Shown here in pieces: positions 13,080 through 26,110 of a stretch of 64,000 nt of DNA. The position numbers were made by a program, and so were the translations under genes. Position 1 is the stretch's first letter. Each line of letters starts with the position of its first letter. The notes under the pieces were generated by a model that saw only the letters and a program-made list of their open reading frames with translations, searched no databases and was not told the DNA's origin. The stretch is from Octopus sinensis (taxonomy: Eukaryota), in contig NC_043016.1 in NCBI RefSeq assembly GCF_006345805.1, positions 28,210,001 to 28,274,000 of the forward strand, read 5' to 3'.

Positions 13080-16000
13080 GCCATGCAAAAGTTTGTGTCA
13101 GTGTGTCACACTTTGGCCCCTCTCTCACTATTCATTGACACTCTGACTATTGCTCATGTTGGGGTGAGAATAATAGTAGGCATAGAGACAGTGAGGGTGG
13201 TGGTGAAGACAGAGAGAGAGAAAAAAAAAGGAGAGGAAATGAAAGAGAGACAAAGAAATTTAGGGAGAGTTGGTGTTTTTATTAAAAGTAATAGTGCTGA
13301 TGGTGGCAGTGGGACTAATATGAGAGACAAAGAGGGGTTATGTAAGAGAAAGAGGGACTGACCATTGAAGTAAGATGCTGAAGTAACATACTGAAGGAAC
13401 ACACACTTTGTGATGGTAATGGGGTGATAGCAATAGTATGAGCTGTAGTTGTGATGGAGGCAGTGGTGGTAGCTGAGGCAGTGAGGGATGAAGTGAGAGT
13501 AAGCAATGTGAAAGACAGTGGTGATGGTGATGAAGGCAGCAACGTCAGAGGTATTGATGGTGGTGATGTTAGAAGTCTGAATGGTGTGTGTATGGCAGAT
13601 GTGATGATGGTGGTACTGTCGTTTATCATGCAGCTTTGCAATAAGTTCAAAGTCAACAAGTTATATCATTGTTTTGATCAAAATTGTTCATTGCTTGAAA
13701 AATATTGAAGTTTAATAAAATTTAATATGTACTCAATGCATGAAGTGTCATTGTTGGTGGGCCCAAGGCCTAATGAAGAGCCCTTCACAGGAACTAGCTT
13801 AAAATCTGCCCAATTCTAGTCTTCTCCAAGTAAGTTTTTATTTCAATAATTATGACCCGCACTCTTAACTCTTTACTTGACCTTTCCTCCCTGCCTGTCT
13901 GTCTTCCTCTCTACCTGTCTCTCTCTTTCTTATTTTTCACCCTTTCTGGTTTCTTTTCCTCTCTCTCACTCCTCCTCCTCTCTCTCTGGCTGCTGACCGG
14001 AGGACTGCTAACTTTCTTTCTGCCCGCTGCTTTCAACAAGTCAGCATCGGTTTTTTTCTCTCTTCTGCAAGCCAATCTTCGGAATGCGTTCTAACGAATT
14101 TTTCCACCGTCTAGGCTTAAAAAACAGAAGAAAAAAAAAGCCCTTATTGTTGGTTTCCTTGTCCTGTTTTTATTCTTTATTTGTACTGTTTTTTTCTTCA
14201 TTTGTATTGCTTTTACGTCCTGTTCTTGTCGCTTTTTTTACCCCTCTGCAAAAGAATTTTATTTAATTCATTTTGCAGGAAGGACTGCTTCGGCCGGATT
14301 GTGTTCTGCCCTTACCTTCGAAACACGCATTGAGTCGAAACAGGGGCAGCTGATGAAGGGGAATATTCCTTGTATTGTTTGTATTGTACTCTGTTTTTTC
14401 GTTGTTAAAAAAAAACTGTTTTTTTTGTTTTTGATTTTATGTTTTCGTTTCTCGTGGTTCTACGTTTATTTGTGGTGTCCTGTACTCATATATGCATGTA
14501 TATATGCATATAGATGTAGGTATGTACATATATGTATGTATGTATGCATATGTTTTATTTATTAACTTGTTATTATATATATATATATATATATATGCTA
14601 GCTTAACACTACTACATTAACACATTATGAACAATAAGAAATTTAGGAAAGGTACAGTTGAACTATTTGAAAAAAAAACAGGAGGCCTGAAGACATATTA
14701 AAAATAGAACAGTTGGAAGTTCCCTACTTGACAACTTGCTGAAGCTACAAGAAAGATCTGTGGTTAGAGCAAGTTGGAACTAGACCTGTTGGTGGAACAT
14801 TACTATAGATTGAGCCATAAAAGCTAAGAGACAGTCTTGAAAAGGATAGACTAGAAGAAAGTGGGCAGCAGAGAACTATACCAAGTAGCTAGAAAAGAAG
14901 TTAGACACCAGATGTACTTAGCAAAAAGGAGAAATAGAAAGCAACAGATTTGAAAATATTCTGAGTAAGTCTAGATGTTGTAGTCTAGAAGTGTGTGCAG
15001 AATTTTAAGGATACTCTTGTTCTTGGGGACATTGAATAAAAAGAAGCATAACTGTTATTATAAAAAGCTGTTAAACAAGGAAATTGTATGAAAAGCAGAG
15101 GGTTTTCCATCTTTGTTTCAAGGTAAGAAAAGAGAGAAGACCCTCATTCTTCCCATGGTGGACTCAACAGGGGACCAAGCATTCATGTTGGCAACAGTAT
15201 GATAAACATTTAATGAGGGATGAATATGAAAACTAGCAGAAGAAATTGAAGGAAAATGTTGAAAAGAGTGAAGAAAAAGTTACCAATATAGAAGGTGGGA
15301 AGAAGCAATGGGAAATATGACAATTTAATTGTATGTTAGTATGTTATAAGTGATGTCTTAATCAACAGAGAATATATTTGTGAATGAGGTGAGGAAAAAA
15401 AGTATAAATCAAATAAATCTTTCCCTGTAAATCCACCCAAATCCATTCCCTTGGCTGTGGTTTCACTAGATAGGGACATTTGGAATTTTGCTGATTCATT
15501 TATTATTTTTGTTCACCCTTTTCAAGCCTAGCCAGGCTCATGGGCCTGGTTTCCTGGTTTCTGTGGCGTATGTCTTCCCCCCAGCTGGATGGGACGCTAG
15601 TCCATCGCAGCATTACTCAAGAAACAGGAAGAGAGAATGAGAGAAAGTTGTGACGAAAGAGTACATTAGGGGTCGCCACCACCTCCTGGAGCTTTTAGGT
15701 GTTTTTGCTCAATAAACACACACAACGCCCGGTCTGGGAATCGAAACAGCGAGTCCACTGCCCTAACCACTGGGCCATTGCACCTCCACTGATTCATTTA
15801 TGTCATTAATTAGATAATGAGGTATTTGGTTGCTGTGTATTTATTCACTGTGGAATAGTGTCAGAGGAGAGGCTCCGTAGTAACACAGCGATTCAAAACA
15901 TGATGTGATCAAAAATGATTACATTGCTTTTTAAGTTGTAATTCAATTTACTTACACATGTACATTGCTGTTGCACAACCATCCAATAGCTTTCACATTA

Positions 16001-17599
16001 TCTGTATATAGTCATAGACCAGCGATTCAGTTTGTTTTTGGTTTGAACCAAATCCAAGGTGCTGGTAAGTTACAATATTGGCTAAATACCAGTATCCATC
16101 ACTCTTGATTCCATCCAAGGTGACTTGTCTTGCCTAATCTATGACTTTCAGTTGTTTTAACACTTAGTGTTATTAGGGAGCCTCTCCCTAGACATTTTCT
16201 CTCTGTGAATTCAGTAACCAAAACACATGTATTGTGTATGTACATTGGTAATTTTTTTCCTTCCTCTTCCCTTCCTTGGAACTTTTCTTTTTCTATGTTT
16301 CTGACAAAGAGCTCCACTCGAAACGTTAAATTCTCCTTCTTTCCTTTCTTGAGCGTCCAATAACACTATACTTGTTTCACGTCCTCGTGTTGTGTTTTCT
16401 CTTTGTTTTCATGTTTGGATTAACTATATATATATATTTACACACACACACACACAATGCATGTATTTTGGTTATTCACTATATATACACATACACACAC
16501 AGGTATATAACAGATTCATGACCAAGGATTGAAATGTAAGTCTTTACATTCATTTCTTTTGTTCTTTAATTATGCCCTTAGAATCGTTTTGTTTAATCTG
16601 CAAGATAAGTTTAGCAAAAATATGAATTTTAATAAGTAGGAAAGAACACAGGACTCCAGTTTCTTGAGGGAAACTAGCCTTGCTTGATATGCAGGAAAGG
16701 TGAAGGTATAAACTTCACACACTGTACCTGATGTATGCTACGAGCATGCAAGACATGTAGTGGAATCACAGGCAGTCTATCGAATAATATAAGCTTTGTT
16801 GTATGCATAAGATCCACTATGAACAAACAAGAAATAGTTTTTCTAACATGCTTAGATGGCTCACTGGAAGCAGTTTGATAAGTTTTGTTATTTAGGTCTC
16901 ACAATTAACAGGGAAGGTATTTGTTCAGAAAATATAACAGCCAACTTAACAGGTTGGATCTATGCCAGCTTCATCCCCTTCTCACTTTTCATTTCCCTTT
17001 TTCCCTTCCCCTTTAAATGCGAGACCTTTATACACATGTTACTTCATCACCCTTACCATTTTGTTCTCTTTCTCATCAACTTGTTACATATCCTTTCTTT
17101 TTCCCAGCCTATCCCTTCCACACATGTCTCTCCTATATTTTCTACTCTGTTGCTCTCTCACAACTATAAATCAGTTCCTCTTATCATATTTCACTTTGTC
17201 AGTGAAACTTGGCAGGGATACAAATCATTGATTGATACGATTTCTTTATTAGGCATAAAGCCCCAAGGACAGACAAGACCACAGTGGACTCAAAAACATA
17301 AACGAATGTAAATGTGATGAAATTATATAAAAAATGAAAAATGAAAATGGTCGCATGGGCCCCACTCCCATGTGGTACCATTTGAACCGTTATATACATT
17401 ATTTACAATTGTTCTATTTTTCACTATTTTTTAAAAATAACATAAAACACTTTACTCTTTCTTTTTCCTCTCAATTTAACATATTTTCTTTATAATAGTA
17501 CTTCATCAATGGTTCAATTTCTATTAAATCCACGGATCTTTTCAGTTTGAACGGCAGTTTTTAACATAATTTCTAGGTAACTAAAAAATTTTAAACTTC

Positions 17600-20160
17600 A
17601 TGTCCTGCGCCGTGAGGATGAAAGACTTGAGGTATTTCGTGTTGCAAGACAGTGTGTGAGAGAGAATCGTGATGTGGTAGGAGAGAAATGTGTTCGCATG
17701 GAGGATGGTTCACTTGCGCTAAATGAGGATGCAAAGAGAGAAGCTTGGAGACGCCACTATGAAAGGTTACTGAATGAGGAAAATGAATGGGATAAAGAGA
17801 GTCTGCCGAATGTTGACCCTACAGAGGGACCAGCTATCCGAGTTGATAGTTCCGTGGTAGCTAAGGCAATTAGAAGCATGAAGACAGGGAAGCCCCAGGC
17901 CCATCAGGAATTACTGCAGAGATGCTCAAAATATCTGGCAGTGTCGGCTATAACCTAGTCACCCGTATAGTCAACCAGGTGATACACGAAGGAGTCATAC
18001 CCAATGACTGGTGCAGCAGCATACTAGTCAACTGCTACAAAGGTAAAGGTGATGCCCTAGATACAAATAATTACAGAGGTATCAAGCTGTTGGATCAAGT
18101 AATGAAGGTTACGGAGAGGGTCATAGCCCAACTAATTAGAGAGAGAGTTAGTTTAGATGAGATGCAGTTTGGGTTCGTGCCAGGGAAAAGTACCACTGAT
18201 GCTATATTCCTGGTAAGGCAGCTGCAGGAGAAATACCTAGCCAAAGATAAGCCCCTGTACCTTGCTTTCGTTGACATGGAGAAAGCTTTTGATAGGGTCC
18301 CCCGATCCCTTATCTGGTGGTCAATGAGGAAACTAGGGATAGATGAATGGCTGGTGAGGACTGTGCAAGCCATGTACAGAGATGCCGTAAGTAAGGTTAG
18401 GGTTGGCAACATGTACACAGAAGAATTCAAAGTAGAGGTTGGGGTCCACCAGGGTTCAGTACTCAGCCCCCTCCTATTTATCATAGTACTCCAGGCAATT
18501 ACGGAGGAATTCAAGACAGGCTGTCCCTGGGAGCTCCTCTACGCTGACGACCTTGCTCTTATTGCTGAGTCACTATCAGAACTGGAGGAGAAGTTCCAGG
18601 TGTGGAAGGAGGGTTTAGAATCAAGGGGCCTTAGAGTCAACCTAGCTAAAACCAAAGTACTAATAAGTAGAAAGGTAGACAATCCACAAATATCTTCAGG
18701 AAGATGGCCCTGCTCGATCTGTAGAAAAGGTGTAGGTAGAAACTCTATAAGATGTACCCAGTGTAAGCTATGGACACATAAGAGGTGCAGCAATGTCAAA
18801 GGTAGGCTAACTGGGAAGATAGTTTTTGTATGTGGCAGATGCTCGGGAGCATTAACCTCCGAAAATCTGCAGAAAACAACTTCCGTCACTTTCCAGGGGG
18901 AAAAACTAGAAGTAGTTGATAGCTTCCGTTATCTAGGTGACCAAGTCAGTAGTGGGGGTGGGTGCGCTGAAAGTGTAACTGCTAGAATAAGAATAGCCTG
19001 GGCAAAGTTTAGGGAGCTCTTACCTCTGCTGGTGACTAAAGGCCTCTTGCTCAGAGTAAAAGGCAGACTGTATGATGCGTGTGTACGAACAGCCATGCTA
19101 CATGGCAGCGAAACATGGGCCGTGACTGCTGAGGACATGCGTAAGCTCGTGAGGAATGAAGCCAGTATGCTCCGATGGATGTGTAATGTCAGTGTACATA
19201 CTCGACAGAGCGTTAGCACCTTGAGAGAAATGTTGTACCTAAGTAGCATCAGTTGTGGTGTGCAAGAGAGACGATTGCGCTGGTATGGTCATGTGGCGAG
19301 AATGGATGAAGATAGGTGTGTGAGAAAGTGCCAATCCCTAGCAGTTGAGGGAACCCGTGGGAGAGGTAGACCCAGGAAAACCTGGGACGAGGTGGTGAAG
19401 CACGACCTTCGAACTTTAGGCCTCACTGAGGAAATGACCAGAGACCGAGACCTTTGGAAATATTCTGTACGTGAGAAGACCAGGCAGGACAAGTGAACCC
19501 AGCCCACTTATGAATGCCTTTCCTCCCTTGGACACAAAGACCGGCTGAAGCAAGCGAAGTCGATATAGAACCTCATCCGACGACAGACACCCATGCCAAC
19601 CCCCCATGCTTGCGAAGACATGTTGGGGCAAGCGAAATCGAAATCGAAACCGAATTGAACCAGCCAGAATCCCTGGCCTGGTGGTACGTAAAAAGCACTA
19701 TCCGACTCGTGGCCGTGGCACGTAAAATACTCCAATGCGACCGTACGACAGGCACCCATGCCAACCTCCTTTGCTTGTGAAGACATGTTGGGGCAAGCGA
19801 AATCGAAATCGAATTGAACCAGCCAGGATCCCTGGTCTGGTGGTACGTAAAAAGCGCTATCCAACTCGTGGCCGATGCCAGCACCGCCTCGACTGGCTTC
19901 CGTGCCGGTGGCACATAAAATACACCAATCTGACCGTGGCCGTTGCCAGCCCCGCCTGGCACCTGTGCAGGTGGCACGTAAAAAGCACCCACTACACTCA
20001 CGGAGTGGTTGGCGTTAGGAAGGGCATCCAGCTGTAGAAACATTGCCAAATTAGACTGGAGCCTGGTGCAGCCTTCTGGCTTCCCAGAACCCCGGTCGAA
20101 CCGTCCAACCCATGCTAGCATGGAGAACGGACGTTAAACGACGATGATGATGATGATGAT
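17600..20160 (+). mobile_element. 5'-truncated RTE-clade LINE with (GAT)n tail
   Basis: RT ORF 17656-19496 with one frameshift near 17890 (KTGK/APGPSGITAEMLK); motifs FVDMEKAFDRVP, GVHQGSVLSP, LYADD, RLRWYGHVARM, RGRGRPRKTW; 3' UTR ends gacgttaaacgacgatgatgatgat. Confidence 0.95.
17922..19496 (+). CDS. RTE reverse transcriptase (524 aa open portion) with embedded PHD-type zinc finger
   Basis: YADD motif; CSICRKGVGRNSIRCTQCKLWTHKRC...CGRC fits C4HC3 spacing. Confidence 0.9.
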   Translation: MLKISGSVGYNLVTRIVNQVIHEGVIPNDWCSSILVNCYKGKGDALDTNNYRGIKLLDQVMKVTERVIAQLIRERVSLDEMQFGFVPGKSTTDAIFLVRQLQEKYLAKDKPLYLAFVDMEKAFDRVPRSLIWWSMRKLGIDEWLVRTVQAMYRDAVSKVRVGNMYTEEFKVEVGVHQGSVLSPLLFIIVLQAITEEFKTGCPWELLYADDLALIAESLSELEEKFQVWKEGLESRGLRVNLAKTKVLISRKVDNPQISSGRWPCSICRKGVGRNSIRCTQCKLWTHKRCSNVKGRLTGKIVFVCGRCSGALTSENLQKTTSVTFQGEKLEVVDSFRYLGDQVSSGGGCAESVTARIRIAWAKFRELLPLLVTKGLLLRVKGRLYDACVRTAMLHGSETWAVTAEDMRKLVRNEASMLRWMCNVSVHTRQSVSTLREMLYLSSISCGVQERRLRWYGHVARMDEDRCVRKCQSLAVEGTRGRGRPRKTWDEVVKHDLRTLGLTEEMTRDRDLWKYSVREKTRQDK

Positions 20161-21446
20161 ATACTGGTAGAATGTGTTTATAAAACATCTTTTCTCTTGG
20201 CTTTATTGAGAAAATTCTATAGTTTGTAAGATATTTGTTGTTGTTTTTTCTTCAATTTCAACCAATCACTGACGTCTATTGAGGAAAAAACATTCTGTGC
20301 CGTATGAATATGTCCCTCGTTTAAGAAACAGATTGGGTTTATTTACATTTGTGAAGAAAAAAGATACCCTTCCTCCCACCCCTAACCCTAAAACAGATTG
20401 AAATGCAATAGATCGATACTAGGGTCATAATTATGGGTGACAATTTCATATGACACCGCTAGAAAAAACTGCCGTTCAAACTGAAAAGATCCAAATCCAC
20501 AACCGGCAACAATTCTTTGAATTCCACCCTTACTCCTAGTGGGTCAATACTATCCCCACACATTTCTTCCAGTTTCTTGTAATTTTCCTTTCCGATCACT
20601 ATCGTCTTCATATCCTCTGCATATATGTATGATGGTACTTTCACTGTTACTATTTGATTAAACTTGACTTTATACACTGATAAAAAGTGTGAGCTGGTGT
20701 CAGCATTTATCTGATGATGTCATCAATTTTATCCAAGTTTCTTCTGTTTTGCAAAACTAATGAAAAATTGCTTCCATGGTAACCATGCAACTCAAAATAC
20801 ATACATTACATTGGTAATCTTGTTTCAGTTACAAAGGCAGTATGTATCACCAAATTTTGTAATGAGAAAAATTGAAGAAATATCATTGCTTTATATTGCC
20901 TGTTCAACTCCTGCAGTCTCTATTGCAACAGGGAAAATTATTTTCAGAATTAGTTATGGAGAGATTTTGAGGAAAAGTCACAAAATTTCAGAGAAAAATC
21001 TGCTTATTTTCAAAAGTTATGCAAAAAGAAATCATGAAGTAGATGGAAAAATAGTTTGGTTTCATACACAGAAGAGAGATTATGGATGCAACTACAGGAG
21101 AAATACTTGGCTAAGAAGAAACCACTATTACTGGCATTTGTTAACTTAGAGAAAGCATTCGAATTGAAAGCTGCTCTAATGCAGTGAACATTATCAGTCA
21201 CACGTACATATATGTGTTTTGTTTATAAAATAATTTACTGTAAGACAGTGTCCTAGGAAAGCTCCCTACATGACATTAAGTATTAAAGAAAACTGACTGT
21301 CTAAGAGAAGCAAGACAACTCGTCTAAGGTGATCGAGAATAATAGATAATAGTTTGCTATTGTTTCAGCTCCTTGAAATGAATTGAATCACCAGGCTGGT
21401 ACATATATGCAAATAGGGTGAAGTGTATTTGCTGATGTGCTGCAGC

Positions 21447-21760
21447 ATAACACATCATCATCATAATTGTTTAACATCTGCTTTCCATGCTGACATGGGT
21501 TGAACAATTTCATTGAGGAACGGCAGGCCAGTAGGCTGCACCAGGCTACAATCTGATCTGGCAAGGTTTCTACAGCTGGATATTGTTCCTAATGCCAACC
21601 ACTCTGAGAGTGTAGCATGTGCTTTTTACATGCCACCGGCACAGGAGCCAGTCAGGTAGTACTGGCATTGACCACATTCGAATGGTGCAATGGTGCTTTT
21701 TATGTGCCACTGGCATGGGGAGCCAGTCAGGCAGCACTAGCATGGGTTCCAGTCAGGTGG
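21447..21760 (-). mobile_element. RTE 3'-tail copy (short LINE fragment or SINE tail)
   Basis: (CAT)n-ttgtttaacatctgctttccatgc...gcaccaggc...gctggat...taatgccaaccact matches 19960-20160; others at ~36480-36675, 37350-37445, 38644-38810, 51440-51715, 55672-55870, 63025-63405. Confidence 0.8.
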
Positions 21761-24700
21761 CACTGGCCAAAACTACGATTTTGATTTCACTTGACTCAAC
21801 AGGTCTTCTCAAGCACATCATATTGCCCAATGATTCAAGGGTACTTTTAAATGGGCTGGTTATGCAACACTGGCATCAGCCATAGCTGCAATCTCGCTTA
21901 ACTTTCTGGGTTTTCTCAAGCACAGCATATCGCCAAAGGTCTCAGTCACTTGTCATTGCTTATGTGAGGCCCAACATTTGAAGGTCATGTTTCACTACCT
22001 CATCCCATGTCTTCTTGGGTCTACCACTTCCACTGTTAGGGTGTGACACTTCACACAGCTGTCCTCACCCACATGCAACACATGATCATACCAGTATAAT
22101 CATCTCTCTTGCATACATTTGATGCTTCTTATGCCTAACTTTTCTCTCTGTTGTGTATGCACACTGACATGACACATCCAGCGGATCATACTAGCTTCAT
22201 TTCTTTCAAGCCTATGCATATATTCAGCAGTCATGGCTCAATTTTTACTGCTGTGTAGCAAGGCAGTTCGCACATTAAAAGCAGCTCTAACAATACACAA
22301 TATCATGTGGTATGTTTTATCAGATCTGCTTTTAATTCAAAATTTAATTTAGTTCCACATGTGCTATGCACATCAGCAAATAAAGCTCTTAGTGCATGTC
22401 ATTTAAGTGCATCTGCTACTTACAAAACTAGATTTCTCTATTAGCTGGTCTATGATCCCACAACACTCATTGTGCATCAATACGTTTTATGGAGTACAAC
22501 AATGGGTTTCTAATCACTACTTTTCAACACATTGAGCATGATCTTTTCCCTGATGGTAGCAGGATTATGTCTTGTTTTAAGGCGGCAAGCTGGCAGAATT
22601 GTTAGCACAGTGGGTGAAATGCTTAGCGGTATTTCGTCTGCCGTTACGTTCTGAGTTCAAATTCCGCCGAGGTTGACTTTGCCTTTCATCCTTTTGGGGT
22701 CGATAAATTAAGTACCAGTTACACACTGAGGTCGATGTAATTGACTTAATCCATTTGTCTGTCCCCTCTGTGTTTAGCCCCTTGTGGGTAGTAAAGAAGT
22801 AGTTATTTCATCTGCTGCTACGTTCTGAGTTCAAATTCCACCAAGGTAGACTTTGCCTTTCACCCTTTCAGGGTCGATTAAATAAGTACCAGTTACGCAC
22901 TGGGCTCAGTATAATCAACTTAATCCGTTTGTCCCCTCTGTATGTAGCCCCTTGTGGGCAGTAAAGAAATAAGATGTCTTGTTTCCTACTAACAATAGTT
23001 CATTAAAAAGTAGTCGATAGCTTAACTAGTAAACAATTGGTTGTGGTTCTGTAAGTAATGTAGCGTGAGTAAGAACAGGTTGCAGGAAGTTCAGAGAGCT
23101 ACTACTACTACTGACAACAAAACCCTTTTTTTTTTTTACAGTGAAGGGCAGACTGAGTCATGCTTGTGTTACAATTGTCATCCTGCATTAAAGCAAGCAT
23201 GGGCCTTGAATGCAGAAGTTTTGAGAAAACTGTGGGGAAAAATGAAGGAAACAATGAAAGTTTGCATGAACGAGACTGTACACATATGTGGAGAAAAACT
23301 TAGGCATAAGAAGAATCAGATGTAATGTGCAAGAAGACTTCATGCAACATGTACAGATAAGGACAGCTGCATAAAGTGCTGATCACCATATTTAAATAGA
23401 GTTTTGCAATAGAGGAAGACATGGAATCAAGTGTGAAGGCTGATCTCTGGACCCTGAACATCACAGAGATGACAAAAGAACTGCTGGTAATATATGGTTC
23501 TTTAGAAATCTATCCACCTGAATGACACTAAGATTCTGGAAGCACTAGCCTGGGGTAGTCTTCAACCTGTCCAGCTCCTGTCAAACTGTCTAACCCATGC
23601 CTGCATGGAAGGTGGATGTTAAACGATGATGATGATGATGATGATAACATCACATCTACCCAACCCAGTTTCCTTCTTAGGACTTTCTTACCATCTATCA
23701 TTTCTCTAAACTGCAGTATTCTGCTGTCGTAATTGTACTGAACAGCCGTACTTCACTGATACCACCTATTCCTCTTACAACCTAGAACCATTTCATTTAT
23801 TAACCATCCTTTTTTAATGCTGTTCTCTCCCGTCACTTTCTACATTAAATGTCTTCAACCACACATCATCTCTTTCTCTCATCTCCTGTCCCTCTCAGTG
23901 GTATTATCATTACTATTCTACTATTTCTTACTCTGCCTTCTACTGTCAGTTAGTTCCTACTCTCCACTCCTTATCCCCACTATTCACATCTACCTTGCAA
24001 CTTTACCCAATTTCTAGATTTTTCACTCTTCTCTATATATCATCCCTAAACGTGTGTTCATTATTATATTCACTCCTCACCCATCTAGGCAAAAGAGACC
24101 AACAGAATAAGTACTAGTCTTCAAAACCCAAAGGAATGAACTTTTCAACAAAGATCCTTCAAGGTGTTGCTTCAGCATGACCACAGTCCAATGACTAAAA
24201 CAAGACAAAGGAGAAATCTTTTTTTTTCCTTTTTGCTTGAAAGAATAAAAAACAAAAACCTTCATAGAAAAATTCATAAATTTTATTAAAAATTTTTTTT
24301 CTCGTCTGAAAATGTTTTTAAGAATGAAATAATTTGAGCAAGGTGGTCATTAATATCGAGTCATTTAAAAAATGTTTAATTCCAAATGATATGTATGCAT
24401 ATAATAAAGACATTGTTAATTATTTTAATGACAACTACCTTCTAAAATCTTAAGCAACAATACTATGAAAACTTAATAATACAATATATTCCTTCTTTTA
24501 GGAAATAATAAATTGTATTGCACAATACAAATAAGATTTTTTTTTCAAACAATTGCTGTTAGAACAGCAGAAATATTGGGTTAATTATCCTAACAGAGTG
24601 GAAAAATTTGTCAACAAACAGCCATTGGACTCAAACCCACATCCCTCACAACTCTGGCTGAGTGCTTTACCATTACGTTAAACTGCCCACTAACAAATTT

Positions 24701-25139
24701 CTGCTGTTCTAATGGCAATTATGTGTTTGGAAAAATATCATTTTATTTGCATCAATACAATACACATTTTGATGCTTAAAAAAACACACAAAAAACATGT
24801 TAGTTTGTTTATATTTATATACATGTAAATCAATTGTATATTGCACCAATGAAAAATTAAACCTTCACCATCATATGCAAGTTATGAGTGACAATACACA
24901 ATGCCCAGCTGATAAAAGACAATCCCCCCTCCGCCTCTCTCTATTCTATCTTGTTTGATCTACATAGGTACACTGTATTCATTCCACTCTGCAATTTTTG
25001 CTTCAGTTCATTTTCTTGTGACTTCACCTTAGCGCCTTGTCAGGGATTGGACTCAGAACCTCTAGGTGACTACATTGCATTAACCAACATCTTTACCCAC
25101 TATGCTATGTCCGTAGGCAGTGACACAGTGAATTTTTAA

Positions 25140-26110
25140 GGCTTATACACTTAATGCCCGTGTAATCTAATGGTATTACTTTTGTGGCAGTCTGCCCTTT
25201 TCTTCCTTAATTATTTGTTCCCATATTGTATTTAACTCTGCACTTGACCTGCCTAACCCTTTCGTTACCAACCCGACTGAAACTGCCTATGGCTCTGTAG
25301 TACAAAGGTCTTGTTTTCATAAGTTTTGAATTAAAATCTTTCACCAAACCTTAATCACAATTTATGTTCCTAACACTGGTTGAATGATAACTAAGTTATT
25401 TCACTAAATTCTTTGTTATATTTAAAGTAATTGAAAGAAACACAGAGCATCTCAAAATAAATACAGTAATGAAAGGGTTAAGCAAGTAGCACACATAGGA
25501 AAACTGCCTAAGTTTTCTAATTTTCCAGTGGTGCTCTCTATCTGATATTCTGACCTCATTCCATAGTGGCTGGTGGCCTTCATTTTCCCAAATGTAATTG
25601 GCTATACCTGACTTATCAATATCCCTCCATGTCATGGTTTTCTGATGTTCCCCTACTCATACTTCAAGGGGGTAGCATGTCTCTCCTTTGTAAACCTTAC
25701 CACAGCTGCACACAGTTTTTGGTTATATTCTCTTGTATGAGGGCCTTCACTTGGAAGAGATATCTGCTAAGTGTTGAATTACTTCTCAATACCATCCTGA
25801 TGTCATATGGACCACAGATCTTTTGTCTTTTCTGAGGCCACTGACATAGGGTAGTCATACCATGGCACTGTTTTCTTGGATTTCATCTTCTTCCCTCCTC
25901 CTAGCTAGGGTAGATAGTATGCTTGCTGGGCAGTTGCTACATTGTAGTGTTTCTCAGTTTGATCATTTCTTAGTAGTATATGCCAGGATTGTTACTTATA
26001 GTTTTTGCTCGATGTCGTAGGTAATGAGCAATCCCTCTCTTGACACTGTACTAGCTTAAAAGCCACACTGTGTGCAGACTTTTAAGCTACCTCCTGTCTA
26101 ATTAGACCTG
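25140..26110 (-). mobile_element. Degraded Penelope element, GIY-YIG end, interrupted by a piggyBac MITE
   Basis: Broken frames give KNCV..CSCGKVYKGETCYPLKV, DKSGIANYIWENEGHQPLWNEVRISDREHHWKIRKL, then GRSSAELNTIWEQIIK beyond the MITE. Confidence 0.7.
25257..25477. mobile_element. piggyBac-type MITE (related degraded copy at ~28917-29130)
   Basis: TIR CCCTTTCGTTAC / GTAATGAAAGGG; flanks CTAA and TTAA. Confidence 0.75.

Larger units (their letters stand above)
17534..20492. mobile_element. Non-autonomous DNA element (GGATCTTTTC TIR, 8-bp TSD, Merlin-like) split by an RTE LINE
   Basis: TIR ggatcttttcagtttgaacggcagtttt at 17534 and its complement ending 20492; TSD AAATCCAC at 17526-17533 and 20493-20500; related uninterrupted element at 59229 reads aaacttcgtatactggtag across the LINE insertion point. 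Confidence 0.85.

Noticed and set aside
13083-13708. Overlapping ORFs rich in S/T/P or D/G/V
   Set aside because: Low-complexity purine-rich and GAT/GGT degenerate repeats with no splice-supported frame.
14310-14375. CTGATGA motif as a hammerhead core
   Set aside because: The following hairpin is not followed by GAAA; probably the decayed end of a Penelope-like repeat.
19570-19990. Regularly recurring motifs resembling a CRISPR array
   Set aside because: Eukaryotic context, no unique spacers or cas genes; these are LINE 3' UTR subrepeats.
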